This document shows positions 8,990-19,034 of a stretch of 64,000 nt of DNA, piece by piece (within the stretch, counting starts at the first letter, position 1; the number at the start of each line of letters is the position of its first letter). The DNA lies in IMG/VR virus record IMGVR_UViG_3300033064_003457, positions 11,066 to 75,065 of that record; one strand, given 5' to 3'. A model generated the notes under the pieces. That model saw only the letters and a program-made list of their open reading frames with translations, was not told where the DNA came from and searched no databases. Source of the DNA: a virus. A program made the position numbers and the translations under genes.

Positions 8990-11224
8990 TTATAGACCTC
9001 CGAAAGGATATATTTGTAATGCATACTTAGATAAAACTGGCGTATAGCTCTCTGCGTCAGCTATGGTTGTCGGTCTGCTAAGCACGGCCCTGAATCTTAC
9101 CTCATAAACAGGGTACCCTATGTCGACATAAGATAACGGGTTATCTCTGGCTTCTGGGCTTATATCAGAGTTTATATTAATTACCTCTGGTATATTGTTT
9201 ATGCCATCGGTGCTAATTGTAGTGCGATGATTTTTTGGTGATATCCTATACCACGTTGTACCATCGTCAGCCGATACATAGTACTTTATCCACTCATTTT
9301 CCGTGCCAGATAAACCAGCAGATGTATAAAATACCCTTGGTATCTGTTCATCTACAGCCAACGTTATCTTAGATATTGGCTTAGGAGAGGTGTACGGCTC
9401 AGAAACAACTTCGCTCGTTTCTGCAAACTTATAAGCATACATGTTAATGTCTCTTATCCCTATTGCGAATCTTGCTTTATCTTCTTTTGCTTTTACCCAT
9501 TGTCTTTTTATTGTCTGTGGACCAACAGTTGTTTCTGTCTTTTTTGACGAACCAAATAGTCCTCCTAACAATAAACCAGCTATCATACCTATTGGTCCAC
9601 CTACTAATCCGCCCAACATAAACCCAGCTATCCCACCAGCTGCCGCTCCAATAGTACTAGCTAACCCAGTGCTATCAGATCCTCCTATATCTATTGCGCC
9701 AGGCTCAAGATCTAGAACATCAAACCCGCAAACAAGACCTATTAGATATGGTATCTCTGCTGTCTTTTTTACTACCTGTGTTGACGTTGATGTTTTAGCT
9801 CCGCCAAAGAACTTCTTCTTTGTTGTAGTTGATGTTATTACTTGTTCTGTTTCTACCATAAGAACATCGTATGGTTTGTTGTATGACCTAGTTTGACGTA
9901 TAATAAATTTTAGACATTTTACTTTTCTTGCCGCAAATACCCATATGCCTTGTCCTGCGAATTTGAATCTGTCAGGTGCCAATGTATCTTTGACCATACT
10001 AGGTGTAAGTTCCTGGTTTGCTTCTTTTGTAAGAACAATATCATATTCATGGTCATCAAAACCTTCTAGTTCTTCAAACACTTCCCCGTCGGCAGAGGTT
10101 TGTATGGATAGTACTTCCATGTAAAGTTCTTTACCAAAGTTGTTAGGCAACAAGCTTATCCAGTTCATCTGCTCAGTTCTTTCTAGATGCACTGTAAAGC
10201 TAACAGAAAGGAACTCTCTGGCACTAGTTTCTGTTACTGGTATATAATCTTCTATAAGGTTACCATACTCTTTGGTTACTACTGTATCGCCAACTATCTC
10301 TATGTTTGGTGAGTTTATCTCATTGTTAACAAGTTCATTAAATTCAGCTGCAGTTATCTGGTCTCCACTGTATCTATTACGATATCCTTGGATTGGGTTG
10401 GTAACCATTTCTACTTCCCAGAATGTATCTGGGGTATCATCAAACATTTGCAACCTTCTTGCCATTAGAGCTTCTTCAGCTGCTCCATTCTCCCAAAGAG
10501 TTTTCCCATCTTCAGCGTATGATATGTGCCAATTTCCACCTTCTGGCCTAGACTCATTCTTGAGCCCGTAATACAATCCTTCATACCCTCCAGTCTGAGA
10601 ATGAGGGTTCCAATCTGGTATTGATTCTTGTATTCCTGTAACCTTTTCCACCAAAGGAGACCTGTTGGTGTTGCTTATTCTTTTTAGCGTTATAACTCCT
10701 TGATGTGAGATTAACTCTGCTTCTTGTGCCCCAGGAGTTATCTTACTGAAATCTATCTTACTATTATCTACAAGAGAATCTACCCCAAATATAGAATTAG
10801 ACTTTGCCCCCTCTGAATAGAATGAATAGTCTATAGATTTAGATGCTAGCTTCCTTACCTTATTAGTAAGCATTTGTTTTTCTATTTCTCCATAATTAAA
10901 GTTCTTTACCATAACAGAAGACAATGAATTTTCTTCAGCGTATCCCACACCTATATCATCATGTAATTCCTGCATAGTATCATTGTAGTCTCTTGATACT
11001 GGTGGAGATTCTTTTTTTTGATATCGTAGCTTTAATGTTGGCTTGCCAAGGTTAGAAAAAAAATCTTTGAATGCCTTATATAGCGCAGTAAATATAGAGT
11101 TTTCACTCTGAGTATCTTTTCTGTCTAGCTTATCTTTACGCTTAGCACTAATTACAGCCAGAAGATTCTCTGCTTTTTTTATATTTAATTTAGTGTCAGT
11201 TAATCTTAGGTATTCATTTCCCAT
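8990..11224 (-). CDS. Large virion structural protein (paralogue B) with internal glycine-zipper segment
   Basis: 744 aa; shared terminal motifs; GAAAGGIAGFMLGGLVGGPIGMIAGLLLGGLFG. Confidence 0.65.
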   Translation of the reverse strand: MGNEYLRLTDTKLNIKKAENLLAVISAKRKDKLDRKDTQSENSIFTALYKAFKDFFSNLGKPTLKLRYQKKESPPVSRDYNDTMQELHDDIGVGYAEENSLSSVMVKNFNYGEIEKQMLTNKVRKLASKSIDYSFYSEGAKSNSIFGVDSLVDNSKIDFSKITPGAQEAELISHQGVITLKRISNTNRSPLVEKVTGIQESIPDWNPHSQTGGYEGLYYGLKNESRPEGGNWHISYAEDGKTLWENGAAEEALMARRLQMFDDTPDTFWEVEMVTNPIQGYRNRYSGDQITAAEFNELVNNEINSPNIEIVGDTVVTKEYGNLIEDYIPVTETSAREFLSVSFTVHLERTEQMNWISLLPNNFGKELYMEVLSIQTSADGEVFEELEGFDDHEYDIVLTKEANQELTPSMVKDTLAPDRFKFAGQGIWVFAARKVKCLKFIIRQTRSYNKPYDVLMVETEQVITSTTTKKKFFGGAKTSTSTQVVKKTAEIPYLIGLVCGFDVLDLEPGAIDIGGSDSTGLASTIGAAAGGIAGFMLGGLVGGPIGMIAGLLLGGLFGSSKKTETTVGPQTIKRQWVKAKEDKARFAIGIRDINMYAYKFAETSEVVSEPYTSPKPISKITLAVDEQIPRVFYTSAGLSGTENEWIKYYVSADDGTTWYRISPKNHRTTISTDGINNIPEVININSDISPEARDNPLSYVDIGYPVYEVRFRAVLSRPTTIADAESYTPVLSKYALQIYPFGGL

Positions 11225-13527
11225 TATATTGTCCTCAATTTTAAAGTATAGTCTTTACAAATGGGTGTCTCCGATATATTTTTCCTTATATTGTTACGTA
11301 ATAGAGCTTTCAGCTGTATATAATCATTAAGGTATTTATATATTATTTTTATTTCCCTTCCGTCCAACGGAGTATTGAAATATACATTGTTCCCACTGTG
11401 AAAATATTCAAAATTTGGGTAGCTTGCGGCATTGTATGACGTAAGTGCTGGCCGTATATCATTATAATAGTCAGTTCTGTTCTCGGCAGCATGCCCATCA
11501 ACAGTTATTGTAAACATATCATAGTAAGATCCATATTCTATATCAAACTTATTAAAGCCACTCACGTTAAGCCATCTACCAGCCTCATACGAAAATCCCG
11601 GGCCAGACTTACCAGCCTGTGCTGTGTCGTTTATTACGTCGTAGTCTATATATGGATAGTGAGATAGCTCTATTTTGTATTGTCTTGTGGAGTTGTCAGT
11701 GAATGTTTCTTCAGTTTCTATTAGTGAATCATTAGCAAAGCTTACGACTACTCCGCTAGGAGTAACATCTGATGTTCCTTTTGGCTGATAAGAGATAGTA
11801 TATGATGCACTAGCGTTGTACCACCCAGAAGCAACAGCCACTGATCCATCAGAGCTAGAATATGTCCAATCAACAGCAGGCATATCCTCATCGTTCCTAT
11901 ACATGCCAACTGGGCTTGATTCTGCTGGGAACCGCAATATTCCTACCCTAGTAAGTGGGTCTATGTCTACTCTTTCTTTTGTTATATAGTGTCCAGATGG
12001 CAATATGTTCTTCCATTCATCTTTTCTTGTGGCTACCTGGTATTCTATTGACGCCCCAGACGGGAGAACTTCCACTGCGTCTAGTCTGGTTTCTAGGATA
12101 GCTCCATTGGCTTTGTATTGAGGACTTACATACTCCCCTCTCTCTAGATACCATATGTGCTTTATGTCTATATTATACGCTCCATATAGGTACTCGTATT
12201 TTCTTACCTCGATAAGTTCTTTGTCTGGATCATCCTTTTCTCGCAAAATATCCATAGACAATTCTTCTGCACCAACCTTAGACGCCTTTGTCATCTCTTG
12301 GGTGGTAGCTTTGAATATTGTCTTTGACATGCTGCTACCAGCACTATCTTCTGTCTTGCCCAACTCTTTAGTCTTTTCTTTATATTTTTCTATCTCATCA
12401 GTGTAAGCCCTGAACCCAGTTATGTAATCTATCATATCCTGTGTGGCTTGGATTGGGGCATTGGTAGATGTAGAAAGGGAATATTCCCTATCTACTATCT
12501 GTTGCCACATCTGAGCATTGTTTACTATATATTTTGGTATATTATATGTATTTATACTAGGATTTTTTTGGTTTATTACTATCCTAATCTCCTTGGCATA
12601 TATTTCTGTGAAATTAAATTCTATTGCCGATACAGATGTTTGTTCTGTTATATCTAGCTCTGACCAAGAGTCAGCGATTGCCTCTCTATATTCTATTTTG
12701 AATATCCTAAGCGGGTAGTTAGTGAATGGCAATATCTTTATATGGTTTATAGGCTCGGTCCTAAACAACCTTATTGTAACTTCGCATATGGTACCAAACT
12801 CTAAATTGCCATTATATATTTGTCGGATTGGTTCATCAGTAAGTATTACTTCGCCCCAGAATGTCTGCATGCTTTCGTCTATAGCTTTTTCCTTGCGGTG
12901 TTCCTCTGTCTCTAGCGTCCCCATTATACCGCCACCATATCTAGAGATGCTGATCTCTGCTGCAGCTAGTCCATTTATACTAAGGGTAGAATTGTCCATA
13001 CCAAATGGCAACTTCAGTGAATTTGTGTCTGTATCAATCCAAGCTTTATATGGTCCATCTTCTGCCTGATTATCATCCTTATAAAAGGTATTAAACTTTG
13101 CATCTGTTATCCCGGTCTTATTTTCTTTGATAACTTTGTATACCATTATGTCGTTTTCTACTTTGCGCAATGCCGACCTTACATCTCTTAACGTAGCGTC
13201 ATTGATGAGCTTATGTGTTTTTATGGTACGGTTTATAGTATTGTTTTGCTTGAACAAAGCCCCCAAATCAACATAGGCCTCTTCCATGGTATTATTATAA
13301 TCCACAGATGATACCTTACTATACTTTTCTGCTTTTCTAAGCTGTATCAACGGATTACCTAGAGGATTTTTAAGCTCAGCGACTAATTCCTCTAGTTTGT
13401 TTTGTAGCGTTTTATCGTCAGGAGACACACCAGCATCATCATACTTCGTTTTTAATATTTGAAGTAACCTGTCCTGTTGTATCTTAGGTATTATACTGTA
13501 ATATGATTCAATGTAAGATTTTCTCAT
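11224..13527 (-). CDS. Large virion structural protein (paralogue A)
   Basis: 767 aa; shared terminal motifs; located in tail/fibre cluster. Confidence 0.65.
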   Translation of the reverse strand: MRKSYIESYYSIIPKIQQDRLLQILKTKYDDAGVSPDDKTLQNKLEELVAELKNPLGNPLIQLRKAEKYSKVSSVDYNNTMEEAYVDLGALFKQNNTINRTIKTHKLINDATLRDVRSALRKVENDIMVYKVIKENKTGITDAKFNTFYKDDNQAEDGPYKAWIDTDTNSLKLPFGMDNSTLSINGLAAAEISISRYGGGIMGTLETEEHRKEKAIDESMQTFWGEVILTDEPIRQIYNGNLEFGTICEVTIRLFRTEPINHIKILPFTNYPLRIFKIEYREAIADSWSELDITEQTSVSAIEFNFTEIYAKEIRIVINQKNPSINTYNIPKYIVNNAQMWQQIVDREYSLSTSTNAPIQATQDMIDYITGFRAYTDEIEKYKEKTKELGKTEDSAGSSMSKTIFKATTQEMTKASKVGAEELSMDILREKDDPDKELIEVRKYEYLYGAYNIDIKHIWYLERGEYVSPQYKANGAILETRLDAVEVLPSGASIEYQVATRKDEWKNILPSGHYITKERVDIDPLTRVGILRFPAESSPVGMYRNDEDMPAVDWTYSSSDGSVAVASGWYNASASYTISYQPKGTSDVTPSGVVVSFANDSLIETEETFTDNSTRQYKIELSHYPYIDYDVINDTAQAGKSGPGFSYEAGRWLNVSGFNKFDIEYGSYYDMFTITVDGHAAENRTDYYNDIRPALTSYNAASYPNFEYFHSGNNVYFNTPLDGREIKIIYKYLNDYIQLKALLRNNIRKNISETPICKDYTLKLRTI

Positions 13528-14110
13528 TTTTCCCCAAACATTTTAATGTATTATCAATACTTAGATCTTTGCAATTAAATACCTCTATGAGTTCATCCGG
13601 CACTTGTCTCCCGTTGTCAATATACCACTTTATTCTTGTAGAAAACTTAGTATCCCAATAATGTCTATCAAGGTCATATCTTTCATTTTCTGTTATATCC
13701 GTAAACTTAGGCTTAAGGTAACTTACCGCTGAAAAAAATTCTTTTGCTTCACTAGATACCTCTCTAAGCGATCTGCTACTAATAGCAATAGACATCATAT
13801 TGTTTTCTAAATCTATCTTCGCCACAGCTATGTCTAAGTCATAATCTTCAGGCCTATACTTTTCCAGCCTAGCTATTTTTCTTTTTGTTCTTTCTATCTC
13901 TATTTTTGATTTATTTATATCATTTATGGCTATCTTCATACCTCTTATTCTCTTATGTAGTTCACGTAAAGCTTGCTTGTATTTCCCCCATTCTGTTATC
14001 CCATTATCACCACCAAGTATAAAGTTGTGTATTTGAAATTTTGAATGGTTAAGCTGAAGATCCTTAAACAATTCATTGTAATTATTATTAAATAAACTTA
14101 AATCTTTCAT
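13508..14110 (-). CDS. Coiled-coil protein, possible fibre/receptor-binding-protein chaperone
   Basis: SxFQ...YKQALRE followed by a coiled coil; ATGA-coupled to the Kelch gene. Confidence 0.45.
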   Translation of the reverse strand: MKDLSLFNNNYNELFKDLQLNHSKFQIHNFILGGDNGITEWGKYKQALRELHKRIRGMKIAINDINKSKIEIERTKRKIARLEKYRPEDYDLDIAVAKIDLENNMMSIAISSRSLREVSSEAKEFFSAVSYLKPKFTDITENERYDLDRHYWDTKFSTRIKWYIDNGRQVPDELIEVFNCKDLSIDNTLKCLGKNEKILH

Positions 14111-15222
14111 TCTAACTTAAATCCTCCTCCGCACGATCCACCACGAGCAGGTTCTGGCAAATCACTCCTAAATACCCATGAGTCAGTATAGGTTGAGTAT
14201 CTACTTACACTTTTAGAGGCACTACTAACTCCGTCATACCCACCATTGCTGAATCCATACATGCCTTTTAATCCAAAGCCGGCAGCACCCTGTTGAGATG
14301 TGGCCATAGCTGTTCTTGATAACCAAGAGTTTAGATTATTGTCATATTCATCGCAATCATCAATAACACCATTCCTGAACCCACCAGTTATATATGCTTT
14401 ACCGTTGGCTGTGAAAGAAGATGGCCTCTTCCTAGCCGGCTCAGGACAATCTGTCATAGTTCCCCAGGTATTGTTGCTTTTGTCATACCTGAAACAGCTC
14501 TTAGTATCCTCACCTCCAGAAGCTTTGCCAGCAATAACAAAGCCATAATTAGTTCCTATATTTGCACAGGCGTGAGCATAGCGCGCATACGTAATATTAG
14601 TCATGACTGACCATGAATCATCATTATTGCTGTACTCATCGCAATCATTAAATGGCCCAGCTGCTATACCACCGACAACATAGCCATTATTATTGTTTAG
14701 ACTAAAAGAATTTACATCTCTAGTCCCATGATCTAAGGCAGCCCTACTATCCCATGAGTTCAATGTGTCGTTATATCTGTCGCAAATAGCAAGATCTAGT
14801 GGGGCAGGGATAACATCTTTGTATCCACCGACCACAACACCTATAGTATAACCCAATGAAAAAGCTGACCCTAACTTTCTTGCGGGAGATGGCATATCGG
14901 TCCTACTTTCCCAGACACCGGAATCTTCATTGAATCTGTCGCAATCCTGAAGAGAGTAATCTGATCCACCACCACCATCCCATCCTCCGCCAGCGATAAA
15001 ACCCCTGTGGGCCACATCTATATATTTGAAACATTTTATTACACCACTTGCGCTTATCCTGTTGGGTAATGACTTGTCTTCGTTTGGCTCAGTCAAGATT
15101 ACCCCATAAACTAAACCATTCTTGCCTACTCTCAGTTGGTATGGGTTAGGATCATCATCAACAGCAACTGCATAGATTCCAGACGCTGTCATTGTTCTCA
15201 GGCCTATATCAACTTCAGACAT
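14107..15222 (-). CDS. Kelch-repeat beta-propeller, candidate receptor-binding protein
   Basis: About six repeats of hydrophobic-GG...CDxY...W...M/L-P-x-AR after a ~68-aa N-terminal adaptor. Confidence 0.8.
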   Translation of the reverse strand: MSEVDIGLRTMTASGIYAVAVDDDPNPYQLRVGKNGLVYGVILTEPNEDKSLPNRISASGVIKCFKYIDVAHRGFIAGGGWDGGGGSDYSLQDCDRFNEDSGVWESRTDMPSPARKLGSAFSLGYTIGVVVGGYKDVIPAPLDLAICDRYNDTLNSWDSRAALDHGTRDVNSFSLNNNNGYVVGGIAAGPFNDCDEYSNNDDSWSVMTNITYARYAHACANIGTNYGFVIAGKASGGEDTKSCFRYDKSNNTWGTMTDCPEPARKRPSSFTANGKAYITGGFRNGVIDDCDEYDNNLNSWLSRTAMATSQQGAAGFGLKGMYGFSNGGYDGVSSASKSVSRYSTYTDSWVFRSDLPEPARGGSCGGGFKLE

Positions 15223-15809
15223 TATACATCAGTCCTTATCCAAAGTAACCCGGTTGATGGCGTAACTGGATCCGAAGTTCTATTGTCTAGACACATGTTC
15301 TTCATTTGCATGTTTTGGATGTCTAGATCATCAGCTGTTATTAATTCTACGTCTCCTCCAGACTCTTGCCACAACAACCTGGAATCTACATATATCTTAG
15401 GCACAACATCTTGATCGTTGCTGGGGCCATCGTATACCCTCAATAGGTCAAAATAACCATTTCCCATTGGAATTGATGACGAACCAAAGCCAGGAACGCC
15501 ACTTGCACTTGATAGCATATCTCCACTTAGTGTTAACTCAACAGAACCATTGTTCCATGTAAGATACGTTACTCCGCCTAAATCTCCACCGTCATTATAC
15601 TGTAGTTGCATATCTGAACCGCCAGGAGTAGCACCAACACCAGTAAGACTACTTCCATCACCGTAATATGTCTTAGCATAGATTTTATTGCCAACTTCTA
15701 GGTTATCAAAAACACCAGATGCGAATGCAGTGCTTAATGTACCAACGTCGTGTAGACCACTAGCACTAGGCACAACTGCTTCATATGTTGTTATGTAGTC
15801 ATATCTCAT
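15222..15809 (-). CDS. Tail fibre segment protein
   Basis: YYGDGSSLTG and PGGSDMQLQYNDGG fibre motifs; C-terminal NRTSDPxxPxxGxxW. Confidence 0.7.
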   Translation of the reverse strand: MRYDYITTYEAVVPSASGLHDVGTLSTAFASGVFDNLEVGNKIYAKTYYGDGSSLTGVGATPGGSDMQLQYNDGGDLGGVTYLTWNNGSVELTLSGDMLSSASGVPGFGSSSIPMGNGYFDLLRVYDGPSNDQDVVPKIYVDSRLLWQESGGDVELITADDLDIQNMQMKNMCLDNRTSDPVTPSTGLLWIRTDV

Positions 15810-15810
15810 A

Positions 15811-17835
15811 TTATATATAGTTTATTATTGGGTATTCTCCAAGAGCCATATGCTTTAATATCTTTTCCCTAATTTCATCTTCCTCGAAGCTACCACCATT
15901 TGATTGCAATAATACTTTTGGCACATTTATAACTAATACTCCATTGGAAGGAAACGCCTTGCCGTCAAAATAACCAACATCCCAATAGAATTGTGCTTCT
16001 GGTTGTATTTCTTCAACATTTGCCAGGTCTTGGATGGCAGACTTGCTTAATCCGCCTCCCCTAGTACGAACATCAGTAACTTCTACATCGGCAACCTTAC
16101 AGTGTGGCCCTACCGAAACGCTACCTAACCTAAAATCATAAGAACCAGATGGTGTTCCAGTAAAATTATGATACAACGATTCGCTACATACAACTTCATT
16201 GGCATCTATGTCAATATATGGTCTTAAAAAAACATGTGCTACTGTACCAGAGGCGTACATTCCATAACTATGTCCCGGAGTAGGATTAAGATCTAGCTCA
16301 AGATATGGTAACGATTCACCTGTAGGAAAAGGATACCCACTACCAACAAAACCGTCATACTCATAGTAGTCTGATTCATATGCATAGTCAACTACTATAT
16401 CATCCCTATGATTTAATATCTGAGCTACCTTTACTGTTCCATTGTAAACATCCCAATCAAGTATGCTGTTCTGTGATAAGGAACTGTCATTTACTTTAAT
16501 ATGCATATAGCTTGATGGAGGAAACCCTGGATCGTCACTATTGTATAATACATCGCTAGGATCTATATATACAGGAGTTCTGTATAGCTGTATTTCCTGC
16601 TGACCTAATAGGTCTGGCCTTTCAGATATTACATCTTTGCGCGGTTTACCATGGGTCATGCTCCATAATTGTGTATTGTACTCTGGAACAGCGTATTCCC
16701 ACATGGTACCTTGTCCTGATGGCACAGCTGACCCATCAGCTAGCATTCTTCTTCTGAACCTTCCATTCTTAACCTGTAAGTACCAGTTATCATCTATGTC
16801 TGCATTGTTAGGCTTTTTTAAATATATAGAGTTATACGCTCTTGGCTTAAGATAATAATACGATCTTATGGCAGTGAATGTGGCCCTATCACCATTTTTT
16901 AAATAATTATCTGAATTAACATCTACACTTACTCCAGGGATGCCTGTTATCGTTGTTCCTATAGTAAAATTTGTTTGGCTACCCCAAGTGTCAGCAGTAG
17001 ACGATGTAAGGTAATCATTGGCTGGAGCACCATCTCTAGTTTTATCTCTCTTAATACTAAATGTAGTTGTACTGGTGGCATCTAGAGTATATGTTACAGT
17101 AACACCAAGCGCATATTCTTTTACTATTGCTAGGTCTGGCTTAATTGTGGTTGGAGCAGCCTCAAAGGAAATACCAATAGAATTGATAAGCTCAGACAGT
17201 GTAGGGACTGGTGGAACAACACAGCTCCATAGTCCATCTCCCAATTCTAACAATGAGTATTGCTCAGTGGCTATCAGGGGGTTACCTAATACAAAAAACT
17301 GCCTAGCGTTAAGTGACTCATGCCAGCTAGGATAGATTGTACTACCGTCTATATTGCATCTATTGTATCTTACTTTATAAATCACATATTCTGTATTTTT
17401 GAAATCTGTTAATACTTCTATCTTGTACACATTCTTCATCTGTCTTTCAGCGCGAACTATGTAGTTTATGCCCTTCAATATATTTTCATTTTGATCTGTA
17501 ATATATACCTGTTTTGTAGGATTCTCTCCATATGTATAATGGTAGAATCTACCTATATGGTTAAAGTATAGAGGTGCAGCATCCTTGTCATTCGTTGATG
17601 GAGTTGTCACATTCGTAACGTCAAAATCAATCACAGTTAACGCTGGCATGTGTCCACCGGAATCAACATAGGACTCCACCAAAGAAGAATCTAGCTGGGC
17701 TACATTCTCTTCCCACTCATAAGAATGGTCTACTAATGATATATTTCTTTCTGGGTCAAGCCCAGGCACGTCTATCATGGCCAAAGCAAACCCTGATGGT
17801 GAAATGTGTCGTCCTACTCTAAAGGTTACAGACAT
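15811..17835 (-). CDS. Baseplate/tail structural protein
   Basis: 674 aa, beta-rich; C-terminal DVRTRGGG...YWDVG; located in baseplate cluster. Confidence 0.6.
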   Translation of the reverse strand: MSVTFRVGRHISPSGFALAMIDVPGLDPERNISLVDHSYEWEENVAQLDSSLVESYVDSGGHMPALTVIDFDVTNVTTPSTNDKDAAPLYFNHIGRFYHYTYGENPTKQVYITDQNENILKGINYIVRAERQMKNVYKIEVLTDFKNTEYVIYKVRYNRCNIDGSTIYPSWHESLNARQFFVLGNPLIATEQYSLLELGDGLWSCVVPPVPTLSELINSIGISFEAAPTTIKPDLAIVKEYALGVTVTYTLDATSTTTFSIKRDKTRDGAPANDYLTSSTADTWGSQTNFTIGTTITGIPGVSVDVNSDNYLKNGDRATFTAIRSYYYLKPRAYNSIYLKKPNNADIDDNWYLQVKNGRFRRRMLADGSAVPSGQGTMWEYAVPEYNTQLWSMTHGKPRKDVISERPDLLGQQEIQLYRTPVYIDPSDVLYNSDDPGFPPSSYMHIKVNDSSLSQNSILDWDVYNGTVKVAQILNHRDDIVVDYAYESDYYEYDGFVGSGYPFPTGESLPYLELDLNPTPGHSYGMYASGTVAHVFLRPYIDIDANEVVCSESLYHNFTGTPSGSYDFRLGSVSVGPHCKVADVEVTDVRTRGGGLSKSAIQDLANVEEIQPEAQFYWDVGYFDGKAFPSNGVLVINVPKVLLQSNGGSFEEDEIREKILKHMALGEYPIINYI

Positions 17836-17844
17836 TAATACTCC

Positions 17845-18147
17845 TTATGGTGCGTATGTACAATATCCATCTGCTGATAAATGTACACTGCTTGTATTTA
17901 CATCATCTATTTGTATAGTACCATTAACTATGTGCGACGTGGTTACGCTACTCGCAGCTAGCATGGTTCCACTTATGACACTCGCTGGTATTTGACTAGC
18001 CGCAATAGTTCCTGCTACGTTGGTAAAATTAACCTGTACACCGTAAGTGCCGTCATGCGTATGAGAGTTAATTGCTGCAACCATAGCATTCATTTTTGCA
18101 GAGGCTAGTTTTTCATATAATGCATATGTACCACTATATACAGCCAT
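17845..18147 (-). CDS. Small tail fibre-like protein
   Basis: HTHDG motif plus IAASQI/ISGTML/VTTSHI repeats; GGAGG SD. Confidence 0.55.
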   Translation of the reverse strand: MAVYSGTYALYEKLASAKMNAMVAAINSHTHDGTYGVQVNFTNVAGTIAASQIPASVISGTMLAASSVTTSHIVNGTIQIDDVNTSSVHLSADGYCTYAP

Positions 18148-18156
18148 TGGTTCCTC

Positions 18157-19026
18157 CTATGTTAGATAATCTAACATGTCTAATAAAGATCTATCTAATA
18201 CAAATGGCTCAGAGGTGCTATAGTACTGTAGTATTTGTACTATATCATATATACCAGATGCATCTTGATAATAAGCTTTTATGTTTTGTACTCCAGTATT
18301 GTATTTTGTAGCTAAGTACTTTATTCTTGCTATGCCACCAGAGTCAGTGTCTTTTATTACCTCGATAGGGTATCCACTGCCATCTGCAGCCTGTACTGTC
18401 CCATCTGCTGATTCAAAGTACCCTAACTCTGTATAGTCCCCAACGTCTTGTATCTCAAAAACTATAGGTGCCTCAGCCACCCTATCATAGTTGGCATCAT
18501 AAAGTGTAGCTGTCAGCTCTGCTCTTCTATAGCCATCTGCCCATAATGAGCTTTGTGATGTAGCTAAGTATAGCGCATCTGGAGAACTTATAGTAGAGTA
18601 ATGGATGAACCCACCCTCCCTTATTTCTCCTCTGGCCGGATGAATGTCTATAGTATCTAATGTGTAATACCCACTAGGTCCTGCTTCATATTCTATAAAA
18701 ACATTTTCAGTTAACGTTTTGTTAAAAACCAGTTTACCACTAGAGTCAGGATGCAATGCAAACTCATCTAAAGAGGTATCGTACACGCCAGCTGGTGTTA
18801 GCGTGAAATCACCAAAACCAACCTTGGTATATTTACCACTGCCACCTATCCTAGCCCAAGGATCTTGAGCTGTAGTTGTTTCATTCCCTGATGATGTGAC
18901 AACTATTGGTGCATTTTGAGTAACAGCATGGTCTAGCGCACAGTAAGACACACCTGTGCTTGCTGACTCATAAGCCTTTTGAGAGTATAGGTAATATTCG
19001 TTATATAGAAATCCGCTAGCTGTCAT
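18157..19026 (-). CDS. Virion protein with invasin/Big_1-like Ig domain
   Basis: LWADG...LTATLYDAN...TDSGGIA pattern. Confidence 0.6.
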   Translation of the reverse strand: MTASGFLYNEYYLYSQKAYESASTGVSYCALDHAVTQNAPIVVTSSGNETTTAQDPWARIGGSGKYTKVGFGDFTLTPAGVYDTSLDEFALHPDSSGKLVFNKTLTENVFIEYEAGPSGYYTLDTIDIHPARGEIREGGFIHYSTISSPDALYLATSQSSLWADGYRRAELTATLYDANYDRVAEAPIVFEIQDVGDYTELGYFESADGTVQAADGSGYPIEVIKDTDSGGIARIKYLATKYNTGVQNIKAYYQDASGIYDIVQILQYYSTSEPFVLDRSLLDMLDYLT

Positions 19027-19034
19027 ATTGTTCC

